64,000 nt of DNA from Eubacteriales bacterium (GTDB lineage Bacteria > Bacillota > Clostridia > Oscillospirales > CAG-382), in assembly GCA_045537905.1 (NCBI GenBank), contig JAZSQJ010000038.1:2806-66805 (forward strand). The letters run 5' to 3'. Position numbers and translations under genes: made by a program. Under the pieces are notes generated by a model. That model worked only from the letters and a program-made list of their open reading frames with translations. It did no database searches and was not told where the DNA came from. Numbering within the stretch: position 1 is the stretch's first letter; the number at the start of each line of letters is the position of its first letter. Below are positions 35,401-43,106 of the stretch, piece by piece.

Positions 35401-35910
35401 GTGCGTATGATAAGGAAAACCTTGGGCGAGCGTAAGCTGGGCATCGGCGACAGCTCTATCAACGGTATGGTAGCGTCTCTGGACAGCTTTCAGGGTCAGG
35501 AGAGAGAGCTTATCATATACAGCTTTACCAGGAGCAAGGAGGAGACAAGCCCTCGTTCTGCCCGTGTAGGTTTTATGAAGGAGCTGCGTCGCTTGAACGT
35601 TGCCTTTACCCGAAGCAAAAAACAGCTTGTGATTATAGGCGACATAGATTACTTAAAGAAATGCCTGTATATGAAGACTGATGAGGAGGAAGGCGTTATT
35701 CCTTGCTGTACAAAGGGTCGGGACGGTATAATCACAGAGGAACAGATAAATCAGTGTGCAGAATGCCCCGTGATGGAATGCGAGCGTAAGTTTGCCCGTT
35801 TCGTCCGTTTGCTTATGCAGCACGTTGAAAACCCCCAAAGTCCTGCAGGGGACCTTATAGGGTCCGAAAACCTCGTTAAGCATCTGAAAGGAGGTACAAA
35901 GCAGTGTTAA
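32380..35910 (+). CDS. Superfamily-1 helicase, Upf1/DNA2-like (AAA_11/AAA_12 type), with ~390-aa unassigned N-terminal region and Cys-rich tail
   Basis: Walker A LVLGPPGTGKTT (33568..33594). Long coiled-coil insert. Motif II AIVDESGQ (34633..34650), then LMLGDYKQIPP, NSQFRMPGNISD, VGVISAYGAQV, SLDSFQGQERELIIYSFTRS, RRLNVAFTRSKKQLVIIGD. Tail C..CC..C..C..C at 35662..35781. Start uncertain: 32380 or ATG 32458. Confidence 0.9.
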   Translation: MSLLQLQPQNSYKVLTTPFVIYITEKMSIDKVDKVVDVLGKRKHLSFCIEKNRKTGDTRCVLTDRKFCMNLALSYDNRNFSVCWISNDKRTLDKYNKPGLDLFLVELKGGIKIIYANKMYYNSAKPDIFGDDWKMDRADFDDVVSRMERHYALGGFVDEKDEKSKIKLRKPGYFFEAEVMAPFKAYTEKERKVAEDKAGSGDGVGFYNSAFAYHVGKGTTYVFYSNDPAANPEKPLLKEGDMVTLYDLNDKLCQTGRISEIDADSEESVKFYIGFLFQTNDVEIPRNGKMVLAHNDTQDKVRERVIRGISSGKVKAQYMYDVFETFSGEGYFTADYRDQREQSPVEQGKVQADLAAFLDGLLKETDKKGGPQYPPNEMQMEAIIKGILTKDMLLVLGPPGTGKTTVITAWVDYFVRKGMRVLISSQNNAAVDNVLCRVGEDVNVVRLAGDEKKVQENCRGFMPMHKQKDMQAKCQTNNDKILSLLKADLEVISQRKKRLEEYLRLISHCKEKKEAFEKDRNLVLYQMDGVVTYDGKIKHCLSEIDRLVEERAHKQIFIEENKKKNFLVRLFTKRYVKRATKELKSTEQALRETVTEYEASVNGYNKKVEALKLQIEQARKNGYYRLYLESSRSLESFASEHIVARDEDKNVSVIGISLNSELGSLYESFDYSPDSTKNESTANKEISHLISLEKSAAALKKAVTEWQVAIENGGNEIFEEMLISTCQVVGATCIGINSNKKFAEVDFDVAIVDESGQIQIHNALVPLSRAPKALMLGDYKQIPPCANEEVLSACENEGIDTKLLNESFFEFVFEKMREEEIERFIEEAREGGSEDAEISEEKELALRREAKAKLLAPVLTEYNPKHYRSLSTEEEKRQYLKNMVATIVTDDKRIVNLNSQFRMPGNISDVISEWFYESNYYSSYAMSRFAPVLPNTEKPMVVVNTANFSSRFEGQPDNKLGYFNKYEAGLVADIIEQVINSLPEENRSEYVERIEDKVGVISAYGAQVRMIRKTLGERKLGIGDSSINGMVASLDSFQGQERELIIYSFTRSKEETSPRSARVGFMKELRRLNVAFTRSKKQLVIIGDIDYLKKCLYMKTDEEEGVIPCCTKGRDGIITEEQINQCAECPVMECERKFARFVRLLMQHVENPQSPAGDLIGSENLVKHLKGGTKQC

Positions 35911-36881
35911 AGCTTTCAAAGGAAAAGATAAGAGAACACTACCTTAGCTTTATGAAAAATCTAAGCCCCGACGTTTTTCTTAAGCCCTTGTATTTTCAAC
36001 CCTTTCAGTGTCCCGTAGCTATGACCGATGTAATGGCTATAGAACGCCAGGTTCAGGACTTCAGCGTGTTTTCGCTGTTGATTCTCCGTTTGATAGAGGC
36101 AGGCTTCAGAAAGCCGGAGCAATTGGTTTCAATTTCGGGAATGAGCAAATCAACGGTAGAATCGTTTATTGTCAGATCCGTCGTTGACGGGCAATGTGAG
36201 TTTGTTGACAAGGACGATCACGACAAGGGCGTTGTGCTTACTGCTCTGGGCTTGGAGACCTTGGAGGAAAACGAAAAACAAACCGCAAACGTCCTGGAGC
36301 CCAAGGGTTACGTTGAGTACGAAACCCCTCGCAGGCTGCATATAGAGGCTGTTACGGGGACGGTTCTCCCCGTGTATATGGAGCGGGGAATGAAGGACGC
36401 CGAGCCTGACGAGACTTTGGGAAACCATATTCTTCCCAGAGAAAGCGTGGAACGGGACGACGAGCTTCTCCGTGAGATTAAGGCCAGAATAGGGGAGTAT
36501 GTAGATACCGACCGTATAGCTTCAGGCGACGTCGTTCAGACCGTCAAATCCATAGAGTCCATACGCATTCGTTTCCGTTGGGCGTATCTTGTCAGGTTTG
36601 AGGGAATGGTCTACCCCATGATAGTTATGACGGGTAAAAAAAGCGCAGACAAGCTTAATGCGGCAAGCAAAACCAAAGGCAAGCTTGGTTTTGTTGCCAC
36701 GCCCTTGGCTGTATCCGAAACCGATAGGGCGTTTTTAGGCAGCCTGGGCGAGGAATTCAAAAGGGTGATGGTAAGAAGCGACAAAAACTTTGAGTACCTT
36801 GAAAAAAGCATCAGCTCCTTCCGCTTCGACCCTCTGCCCGTGCTTGCCTCCGAGGGGGACGATAAGGAGGACAAAGAATGA
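35904..36881 (+). CDS. Hypothetical protein with N-terminal winged-helix-like segment
   Basis: GTG 35904 lies 9 nt after AAGGAGG and overlaps the helicase stop by 7 nt. FSLLILRLIEAGFRKPEQLVSISGMSKSTVESFIVRSVVDGQCEFV..VVLTALG looks like a wHTH. The rest is unassigned. Confidence 0.7.
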   Translation: MLKLSKEKIREHYLSFMKNLSPDVFLKPLYFQPFQCPVAMTDVMAIERQVQDFSVFSLLILRLIEAGFRKPEQLVSISGMSKSTVESFIVRSVVDGQCEFVDKDDHDKGVVLTALGLETLEENEKQTANVLEPKGYVEYETPRRLHIEAVTGTVLPVYMERGMKDAEPDETLGNHILPRESVERDDELLREIKARIGEYVDTDRIASGDVVQTVKSIESIRIRFRWAYLVRFEGMVYPMIVMTGKKSADKLNAASKTKGKLGFVATPLAVSETDRAFLGSLGEEFKRVMVRSDKNFEYLEKSISSFRFDPLPVLASEGDDKEDKE

Positions 36882-37387
36882 ACGTAACCAGACAATGGAC
36901 CTGCTCCTGCCGTAGCGTAAACGGTTTGAGGCATAAAGCTTGTCCTCTGTGCGGAAAAGCTATCCCCGCCGAGGTCTGCCAAAAGGTATACAGCGAGGAA
37001 CTGGCTATGCAAAAGCAAGCCGTTGCAGACGAGCTGCGCCGCCGCCACAACCGCTTCTGGCAAAGGAACGAGGGCAAAATTCATAGGGGCGCAAAGCTTT
37101 GTCGGTTTATAAGTCTTGTTTTGGTTGCGGTATTCATAGGCTCTTTTTACGGGCACAGCAGTCAGATAAGAGCCGAGGATTTAGACAGCAGATGGAGTGC
37201 TGTTTCACAAGCCGTGGTCCAAAGGGTGGAAAGCACCGACTTTGAGACCCGAGAAGGCGAGGTAAGCATCACCCTGTTTGAACGCTTTGCTGAGCTGGAC
37301 GTTGACGGGCTGAACAAGTGCTTCAGTGAAATAATAGCCTTGTTCGAGCAAAGGATAGAGCAAATTTTTAATACAAAGGAGAATTAA
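36878..37387 (+). CDS. Zinc-ribbon + single-TM protein
   Basis: ATGA overlap with the upstream gene and AAGGAGG RBS. WTCSCRSVNGLRHKACPLCG has two Cys pairs. TM segment LCRFISLVLVAVFIGSFYG. Confidence 0.7.
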   Translation: MNVTRQWTCSCRSVNGLRHKACPLCGKAIPAEVCQKVYSEELAMQKQAVADELRRRHNRFWQRNEGKIHRGAKLCRFISLVLVAVFIGSFYGHSSQIRAEDLDSRWSAVSQAVVQRVESTDFETREGEVSITLFERFAELDVDGLNKCFSEIIALFEQRIEQIFNTKEN

Positions 37388-37394
37388 TCTGATT

Positions 37395-37784
37395 ATGTCA
37401 CCGGAAACGATTAAACTTATAATTGCATATATAGCCGTCGCTATAGGCGGACTTTCGGTATTTCTTCTGTGGGTCTACGCCATCGAAGCCCTGAAGGGCG
37501 TAGCCGTTACGGAATATCAAGTCTATAAACGCTACGTCAACGTAAGCTATGCGTTTTTTGTGTTTATTTCTGCAGTTGTATGGTTCTCTACTACCGTAGC
37601 CGACGCTTTGTTTTTCTGGTCCCTTTTGATAATGAGCGGACTTTGGCTGCTTTCGGGTTTTGTAATTTTCATACTTTCCTTTTTCGCCTCAGAGGCGAGC
37701 GGCAAACAACGTGTCCGTTCAACTCTTATACCTTGTATTATAAAAACGGTAGTATCGGCTTTGATTCTTATGTTTATCGCTTAA
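37395..37784 (+). CDS. Small 4-TM membrane protein
   Basis: 129 aa with four hydrophobic helices. AAGGAGAA lies upstream. Confidence 0.65.
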   Translation: MSPETIKLIIAYIAVAIGGLSVFLLWVYAIEALKGVAVTEYQVYKRYVNVSYAFFVFISAVVWFSTTVADALFFWSLLIMSGLWLLSGFVIFILSFFASEASGKQRVRSTLIPCIIKTVVSALILMFIA

Positions 37785-37806
37785 CCTAAAAAGGGGGGAT
37801 ATTGCA

Positions 37807-39294
37807 ATGAAAATAAATAAAAATGCGGTATTGCGGTATGCGGTTCCCTTCTGCTTTGAAGCGTCGGCAGACTACGGCGTTTTATGCAAGACCTTGGAGG
37901 CTGATAACGAAAGGTGGACTCCCGAGGCGTGGACAAACGTGGAAAGGGATACCTTTGAGTATCTTTACCGCTCCCTGTTTTATGAGAACGATAACTGCCA
38001 CATCGGTAGCGGCTGGCGATACAGCCTTGCAAAAGCTCCTTTGCACTTGCGTTATTACCCTGATGAGGAGCAGAGGGAGATATCGTACAGCTTCTCGGTT
38101 AAAACTATGGGGCTTTATATCTTTCGCACCAACGTGGGGGTCTTGTGGTACGAAATCACCCTTCCCAAAAAGAACGGGAGGGAGGAAAACAAACTGTTGG
38201 ATGCAAGCGTCCTCGTGGATTTTCAAAACCGTTTTAAGGAGCTAAACTATCGCCGCAACAAAAACTTTACGGTAGTCTCTCCCCTGGGGGAAGAAAAGAC
38301 TTTGGTAATGGGTGACGTAATCGATGGGCTGTTAAAAAGTCTTTCGTCGGATATTCACTATCTTAACGGCACCAGAGAGAGTGACGATGGCGGGGAACGG
38401 CCCGATAAAGCGCTGATATTCAATTACGTGCTTACGGAGGGGCAAGGATACGACGAGGACGAGCTGCACAGAAGCTCCTACGCTTTAGCAAACGGCTACA
38501 ATTACCGTTACCGAATGGCAAAAAGCGTGAAAGAGGACTTTATAGAGCCTTTTGACAAAGCCTGCTGGTATGCCTCCCGAGGAGGCTGTGGATATTTTGC
38601 TTACGTGGATGAAGCGGAGGATAACAGCTTTTTCAGGAGAGTACTGCCCAAGCGTATAAGGGGCGACTATTTCTTTATGTATATTCTCGTCCTTTATCAG
38701 ACCTATAGCATTCTTAACTATCTCCGTCGCCTGATGCAGTACTATCCCGCTGACCCAAAAAAGTATTTCGAGCCGGAGCAGGCAGAGGAGCTTGATATAT
38801 TTACAGCCGAAATAAACACCTTTTTGATGAAGGGAATGTATTCCTCGGTAAGTAACGTTAACCACCACAATGTTTTCTTTCAGTATTTGCAAAAGCGTCT
38901 TAGCGTTAAGGAGGATATCGAAAGCATTACGATGGGTGTAAACGCTATGGCAAAGGTGCAAAGAGTTTACAAGGAAAAGGAAGAAACACGCTTAAAAGCG
39001 GAGGAGGAAAAAAGAGAAGCCAGACACGGCAGTCAGCTTAACTTGATTCTTACCGTGATCTCCCTGCTATCTGTGTTCTCTGCCTTGGTGGATATGCACG
39101 AGTTTATGAACCGAATTGAACTAATCGGTACCGATGGCGGATACGTAAAAGGAATATGGAAGCTGCTTACCAACGGAGACGTCCTTACTTATTTACAGCT
39201 GTTTGTGGGCTTGGCAGTGATAGGCCTGTCTGTAGCCTGCGTTGTGATTTTGATAAAGAATTGCTTGGAAAACCGCAAAAGCAAGCAAAAATAA
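37807..39294 (+). CDS. 495-aa protein: large soluble domain, charged coiled coil, C-terminal two-helix membrane hairpin
   Basis: AAAGGGGGGA RBS. KVQRVYKEKEETRLKAEEEKREARHG is followed by TM1 LNLILTVISLLSVFSALV, then F-M-N (39103..39111), a ~35-aa loop, and TM2 LQLFVGLAVIGLSVACVVILI. No family recognised with confidence. Confidence 0.75.
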   Translation: MKINKNAVLRYAVPFCFEASADYGVLCKTLEADNERWTPEAWTNVERDTFEYLYRSLFYENDNCHIGSGWRYSLAKAPLHLRYYPDEEQREISYSFSVKTMGLYIFRTNVGVLWYEITLPKKNGREENKLLDASVLVDFQNRFKELNYRRNKNFTVVSPLGEEKTLVMGDVIDGLLKSLSSDIHYLNGTRESDDGGERPDKALIFNYVLTEGQGYDEDELHRSSYALANGYNYRYRMAKSVKEDFIEPFDKACWYASRGGCGYFAYVDEAEDNSFFRRVLPKRIRGDYFFMYILVLYQTYSILNYLRRLMQYYPADPKKYFEPEQAEELDIFTAEINTFLMKGMYSSVSNVNHHNVFFQYLQKRLSVKEDIESITMGVNAMAKVQRVYKEKEETRLKAEEEKREARHGSQLNLILTVISLLSVFSALVDMHEFMNRIELIGTDGGYVKGIWKLLTNGDVLTYLQLFVGLAVIGLSVACVVILIKNCLENRKSKQK

Positions 39295-39320
39295 ACACCA
39301 CTCGGAAAGGCGGTGTGAAG

Positions 39321-39761
39321 ATGAAAAGCTATAGATTTATATGCAATTGCAGTGCAGATACCTTCCGCTTTGAGCTGGGCGCCATACTTGGCTCCTATTT
39401 CGACGGCTGTTACTTTAACGGCAAGGTAGAGGAAGGCTCCTTCAACGTAAGAAAAAACAACTTCCCCGGGGGGCGTAGATTGCCTCGCCCCGATATCGTT
39501 GGAAGGTTTTACGGGGAGCAGGGCAAGACCCACGTAGAGATAAAGCTTGTTTACCGTACGTGGTATAAGCTGTTGATAGGCTTTTTATCCTGTATCCTTT
39601 TGATAGGCAGTCTGGTTAATGCCTTTACACCGGGAAAGGACAGCCTTGTTAATATAATAGCGCCTTTGATTATATGCGGGGTTATGAACCTTACGGTTGT
39701 GATAATCGCCCGTTGGCATTTACGGAAGCTGAAAAAGCTGTTAGGTGTAAAAATGTTTTAA
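39321..39761 (+). CDS. 146-aa protein, soluble N-domain + 2 TM
   Basis: ATG 39321; the track start 39156 overlaps the preceding gene and was rejected. TM segments WYKLLIGFLSCILLIGSLVNAF and IIAPLIICGVMNLTVVIIA. Confidence 0.6.
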   Translation: MKSYRFICNCSADTFRFELGAILGSYFDGCYFNGKVEEGSFNVRKNNFPGGRRLPRPDIVGRFYGEQGKTHVEIKLVYRTWYKLLIGFLSCILLIGSLVNAFTPGKDSLVNIIAPLIICGVMNLTVVIIARWHLRKLKKLLGVKMF

Positions 39762-39776
39762 TAATTGGTGGGGTAT

Positions 39777-40430
39777 ATGATTGAAAGACTCATATTTTTA
39801 AGCCTATTCACTGTAGGACTGGGTGTTTTATTTTTTATTATCGCCTTTGTTTTGATTAAGCTGAAGGCACTGAACTACCCTATGGCTATACGCCTGAAGC
39901 AAAAGCTTATAAGCTTTGTTTTGTCTGCTTTTATTTTCGGTTTATTACCGTTGCCTGTGGGGTTTATTGTATGGACGGCAGTGTTTTTCCTGTTGCGATA
40001 CCTTGTATTCAAGAAGGACAAATACGCTCTTAACACCATCTACAGGCAGTTTGAGGGAAATCTGCCCATAGTATCCACGCCAAAACAGATAATTGATGCC
40101 ATAAAAACAAAGGAAACAAGAGAAAAACCTTTGCGAGAGTACGGCTATAGCTTTTTAAGCTATGTCGACAGCACCCTTGTACCCGTTTTGTTTTGCTGTA
40201 TCGGGCTTGCAGAGCTTAACAAAACGCCCTTGCTTTTGTATATAATAGGATATTTTGCCATGGCAATATGCATCAGTCTTTTGCTTTGCAAGCTGTTTTA
40301 TAAAGTGTTTTTGAACGCACCCCAATCTCCGTCATATTTAAGTCCCCTTGGAGCAAGTATTATTGTAGCGGCTTTAGGATTGATTTATTGGTTTGTTGCG
40401 GTGTTTATTTTTTATACAACCGTAAGGTAG
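39777..40430 (+). CDS. Polytopic membrane protein (about 5-6 TM)
   Basis: ATG 39777 after GGTGGGG (alternative TTG 39765). Multiple hydrophobic helices with a ~50-aa soluble loop. Last gene before the terminator. Confidence 0.65.
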   Translation: MIERLIFLSLFTVGLGVLFFIIAFVLIKLKALNYPMAIRLKQKLISFVLSAFIFGLLPLPVGFIVWTAVFFLLRYLVFKKDKYALNTIYRQFEGNLPIVSTPKQIIDAIKTKETREKPLREYGYSFLSYVDSTLVPVLFCCIGLAELNKTPLLLYIIGYFAMAICISLLLCKLFYKVFLNAPQSPSYLSPLGASIIVAALGLIYWFVAVFIFYTTVR

Positions 40431-40502
40431 TTTACAATGAGACACCAAACGCCGACACCTACCTTGTTGATTAGTAGGGGATGGGCGGCTACGCTATACA
40501 AT

Positions 40503-40531
40503 AAAAGCCTGCGGATTTCCGCAGGCTTTTT
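40503..40531. terminator. Bidirectional intrinsic terminator
   Basis: AAAA GCCTGCGG attt CCGCAGGC TTTTT, lying between convergent genes. Confidence 0.8.
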
Positions 40532-40541
40532 GCTGATATAA

Positions 40542-42899
40542 TTACGCCTTGAGCATAGCCATCAAGGCTATATAATCTGCCGAGTTGATTACCGCGTCCA
40601 CGCTAAGGTCGGCGGCGGCGAAGGTGCATCCTACCGGCTCCGTTTTGCCTACCAGGTAGGAACGCATCGTAATGTAATCGCCTGAGCTTACTGCACCGTC
40701 ACAGCTTACGTCGCCCATTATGACAATGTCTGCGCTGTCTGTAACCGTACCGCCAAAGTCCAGGCTTTGTACGGTGCAGGCGGTGGAGATAATATCTCCC
40801 TCAGCCAGCACTGCGCCGTTTTTTACAACACGCAGGGTGTTTACGTTAGAAAAGGAAGCTATAATTTGAGAAACGCTCGTACCGATTACCGCATCCATTA
40901 TAAGCCCATCCTTAAGGCTTATGGCGGCGTTTGTGCCAAGGCTTAGCTTGTAGCTCTCCTGCAAGGGCGGGTCTGCCGTATAGCTGTTTGACAGCACGCG
41001 GATGGCGGTCTGGTTTTTGTTATCGGAAAGGGGTTGAACGACAACGTACGTATCGTTACCGTAAACCTTTATGCCCTGTACGGTAAGCATAAGGTCGGCT
41101 ATACGGTACACGGTCTTAAGGGTGGCGTTGCCGCCGTTGGTGTACAGATACTTATATATCAAGGGTAGCTGGAGCTTTGATGCAGAGCCGCCTACCATAT
41201 ACAAAAACTTGGCGTCGGTACCTACACCGTCAGCCTCAAAGCCCTGGAAGGAGCTGTTTGGCTGGCTGTTAAGGCAAAAGTGGCTTTTTACCATAGAGGC
41301 GGCGTTTTTCATAGAGTAGCTGCCGCTTGATGCGGTGATGGCGGCGTTAAGAGTGGTAGTAGTATACACCGTGTAGTAAATATCGCCCGACACAAACTGG
41401 GTGCGGACAACAAGCCTGTTATCCCCCTTGCTTGTCATTGCAACGGCAACACGCTTAACCCCCGTGCTATCCGTGGCGGTGCCTGTAGCGTTGGCGTAGG
41501 CAAGGTCGGTAATGCTTTTTGCACTAAGGGTAGCGCCGCCGTTGCCTACCGTATATTCAAGCCTTTGCAGGGTGGTAGCGTAGCTGTCACTGCCGTAAAC
41601 GGGTGCACCTCCCGTCCACAGATAGGTCTTGCCGCTTACGCTTTCGTCTACCTCAAGGCTTTCACCTATGCCTGCCCCCGTAAGCACGGCGTAGTCTGCC
41701 ACACGGGCAACGTTGCCGTTAAGCAAGCAACGGGAGATGTAGGTGTCACTGCCCGAGCGTTGACTTATATAAAGCTCTGTCATAGCCTCGTTAAAGGCAA
41801 AGCTTTGGGTAGCGTTGTTTACGGGCAGACCCTTGACGGTGTACTTGTGGTTGGCGTGGACGGTGGTTACGGCGTAATCGTCCAGGGTGTATATCTTGGT
41901 TTTGTTCTTCTTGCCGTCGCCCGTTTCGTCATCAATAAAAATACAGTAGAAGGAGCCGTTAAGCATATAAGCGCTTTCTATCTCCACCATACTCTTGTCG
42001 GGTACCGTCCAAACCTCTTTAAGGGTAATAGAGGAGGAGGTATAGCTGTATTTGTGGATGGTGGGGGTTTGCTGGTTGGAGCCCCCTGAGAAGTACAGGG
42101 TGCTTGTACCGTCCAGCCCCATCCCCTGCATAGAGCCGTTAGGCAGGTCGCCGTTGTAGCTTATCTTGGCAAGGAGGTTTGAACCCATAGTGCCCATATC
42201 CACGGCGCCGCTAGAGGCGGAGAGGGCGGCGTTAAGGGCAGAAAACTTGTAGCAGCAAAGGAACTGCTTGTAGGTGGAGCCGTTTTTGAACTTAAGCCAA
42301 AACATTATTCTGTCGCTGTTGGGGGAGGCGGAAAACGCCATACGGAATATACGGGCACCGGAGTATATAGAGCTGCCGTCAGCGGTGGCGTTTATAAAGT
42401 CGGTAAGACGCTTGGTGTCGCTGATACGGGCACCGGTGGCCTGGCTGCTGTCGGGCACATATTTGAAGCGGTAGAAGGTGCGTGCCCAGTAGGTGGTGGT
42501 ATACAAAGCATCGGTCTCGTCGGTGATGGTGTTGCCCACCACGTACACGTAAGGCTCACCCTCGTAGTCGTAGACTGCCAGTGCCTCACCGTGACCGTAG
42601 TTGGTAAGCACCACGTAGTCCAGACGGGTGGCTGTAAGTCCGTCGTCAGAGACCAGACAGCGGGAGAGATACGTGTCTGCCTTAACACGCTGGGTGGCAA
42701 ATACGTAGCGATTGCCCTCTGCATCGTTATAGAAGAAAAACTGCTGTACCGCCTTGTTGGTGCCAAGGTTTTTAAGGGTCATAACGGGGTTAGGCGTTTT
42801 CGTATGGGAGGTGTAGGCGCCTACGCTTTCCGCCGTGAAGCAAAAAGCACTAAGCAAAATTACTGCCGTAATAAATAAAGAAACAAGTCTTTTTATCAT
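40542..42899 (-). CDS. Secreted protein with two tandem ~300-aa paralogous modules and a C-terminal dockerin
   Basis: Signal peptide MIKRLVSLFITAVILLSAFCFTAESVGA. Module pairs: DTYLSRCLV/DTYISRCLL, LDYVVLTNYGHGEAL/ADYAVLTGAGIGESL, LNAALSASSGAVDM/LNAAITASSGSYSM, MQGMGLDG..LYFSGGS/FQGFEADG..LYMVGGS. Dockerin: GDVSCDGAVSSGDYITMRSYL..ADLSVDAVINSADYIALMAML. Confidence 0.85.
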   Translation of the reverse strand: MIKRLVSLFITAVILLSAFCFTAESVGAYTSHTKTPNPVMTLKNLGTNKAVQQFFFYNDAEGNRYVFATQRVKADTYLSRCLVSDDGLTATRLDYVVLTNYGHGEALAVYDYEGEPYVYVVGNTITDETDALYTTTYWARTFYRFKYVPDSSQATGARISDTKRLTDFINATADGSSIYSGARIFRMAFSASPNSDRIMFWLKFKNGSTYKQFLCCYKFSALNAALSASSGAVDMGTMGSNLLAKISYNGDLPNGSMQGMGLDGTSTLYFSGGSNQQTPTIHKYSYTSSSITLKEVWTVPDKSMVEIESAYMLNGSFYCIFIDDETGDGKKNKTKIYTLDDYAVTTVHANHKYTVKGLPVNNATQSFAFNEAMTELYISQRSGSDTYISRCLLNGNVARVADYAVLTGAGIGESLEVDESVSGKTYLWTGGAPVYGSDSYATTLQRLEYTVGNGGATLSAKSITDLAYANATGTATDSTGVKRVAVAMTSKGDNRLVVRTQFVSGDIYYTVYTTTTLNAAITASSGSYSMKNAASMVKSHFCLNSQPNSSFQGFEADGVGTDAKFLYMVGGSASKLQLPLIYKYLYTNGGNATLKTVYRIADLMLTVQGIKVYGNDTYVVVQPLSDNKNQTAIRVLSNSYTADPPLQESYKLSLGTNAAISLKDGLIMDAVIGTSVSQIIASFSNVNTLRVVKNGAVLAEGDIISTACTVQSLDFGGTVTDSADIVIMGDVSCDGAVSSGDYITMRSYLVGKTEPVGCTFAAADLSVDAVINSADYIALMAMLKA

Positions 42900-43039
42900 A
42901 TCAAAGCCCCTCTCTTGTACTGTGTAATCAGTATATCACACATTTGCCCCCATTTCAACAAAAATACAAGGTAATGTTGACGAAAACAAGGGACGGTATT
43001 TAGTGAAATAAAACAAAAGGGGGGGCTGCAGGCATCAGC

Positions 43040-43068
43040 TTGACAGAGCAGGCGCCGTGTGCTAAAAT
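43040..43068 (+). promoter_or_regulatory. Sigma-A-type promoter of the ClC gene
   Basis: TTGACA (43040..43045), 17 nt, TGcTAAAAT (43060..43068). Confidence 0.6.
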
Positions 43069-43106
43069 CAAGTAAACGCTTGAGAAACAAAAAGGAATAA
43101 ACGCTT

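Noticed and set aside
37807-39294. Calling the 495-aa protein a CorA-family channel
   Set aside because: Only the general layout (coiled coil, two C-terminal TM helices, xMN after TM1) is similar. The motif is FMN rather than GMN and the inter-helix loop is ~35 aa. This is insufficient for a family call.
29747-40541. Mobile-element hallmarks (integrase, transposase, tRNA attachment site, flanking direct repeats) around the candidate defence operon
   Set aside because: I recognised none by eye. The island character therefore rests only on gene content and context, and a compositional analysis (GC, k-mer skew) would have to be computed.
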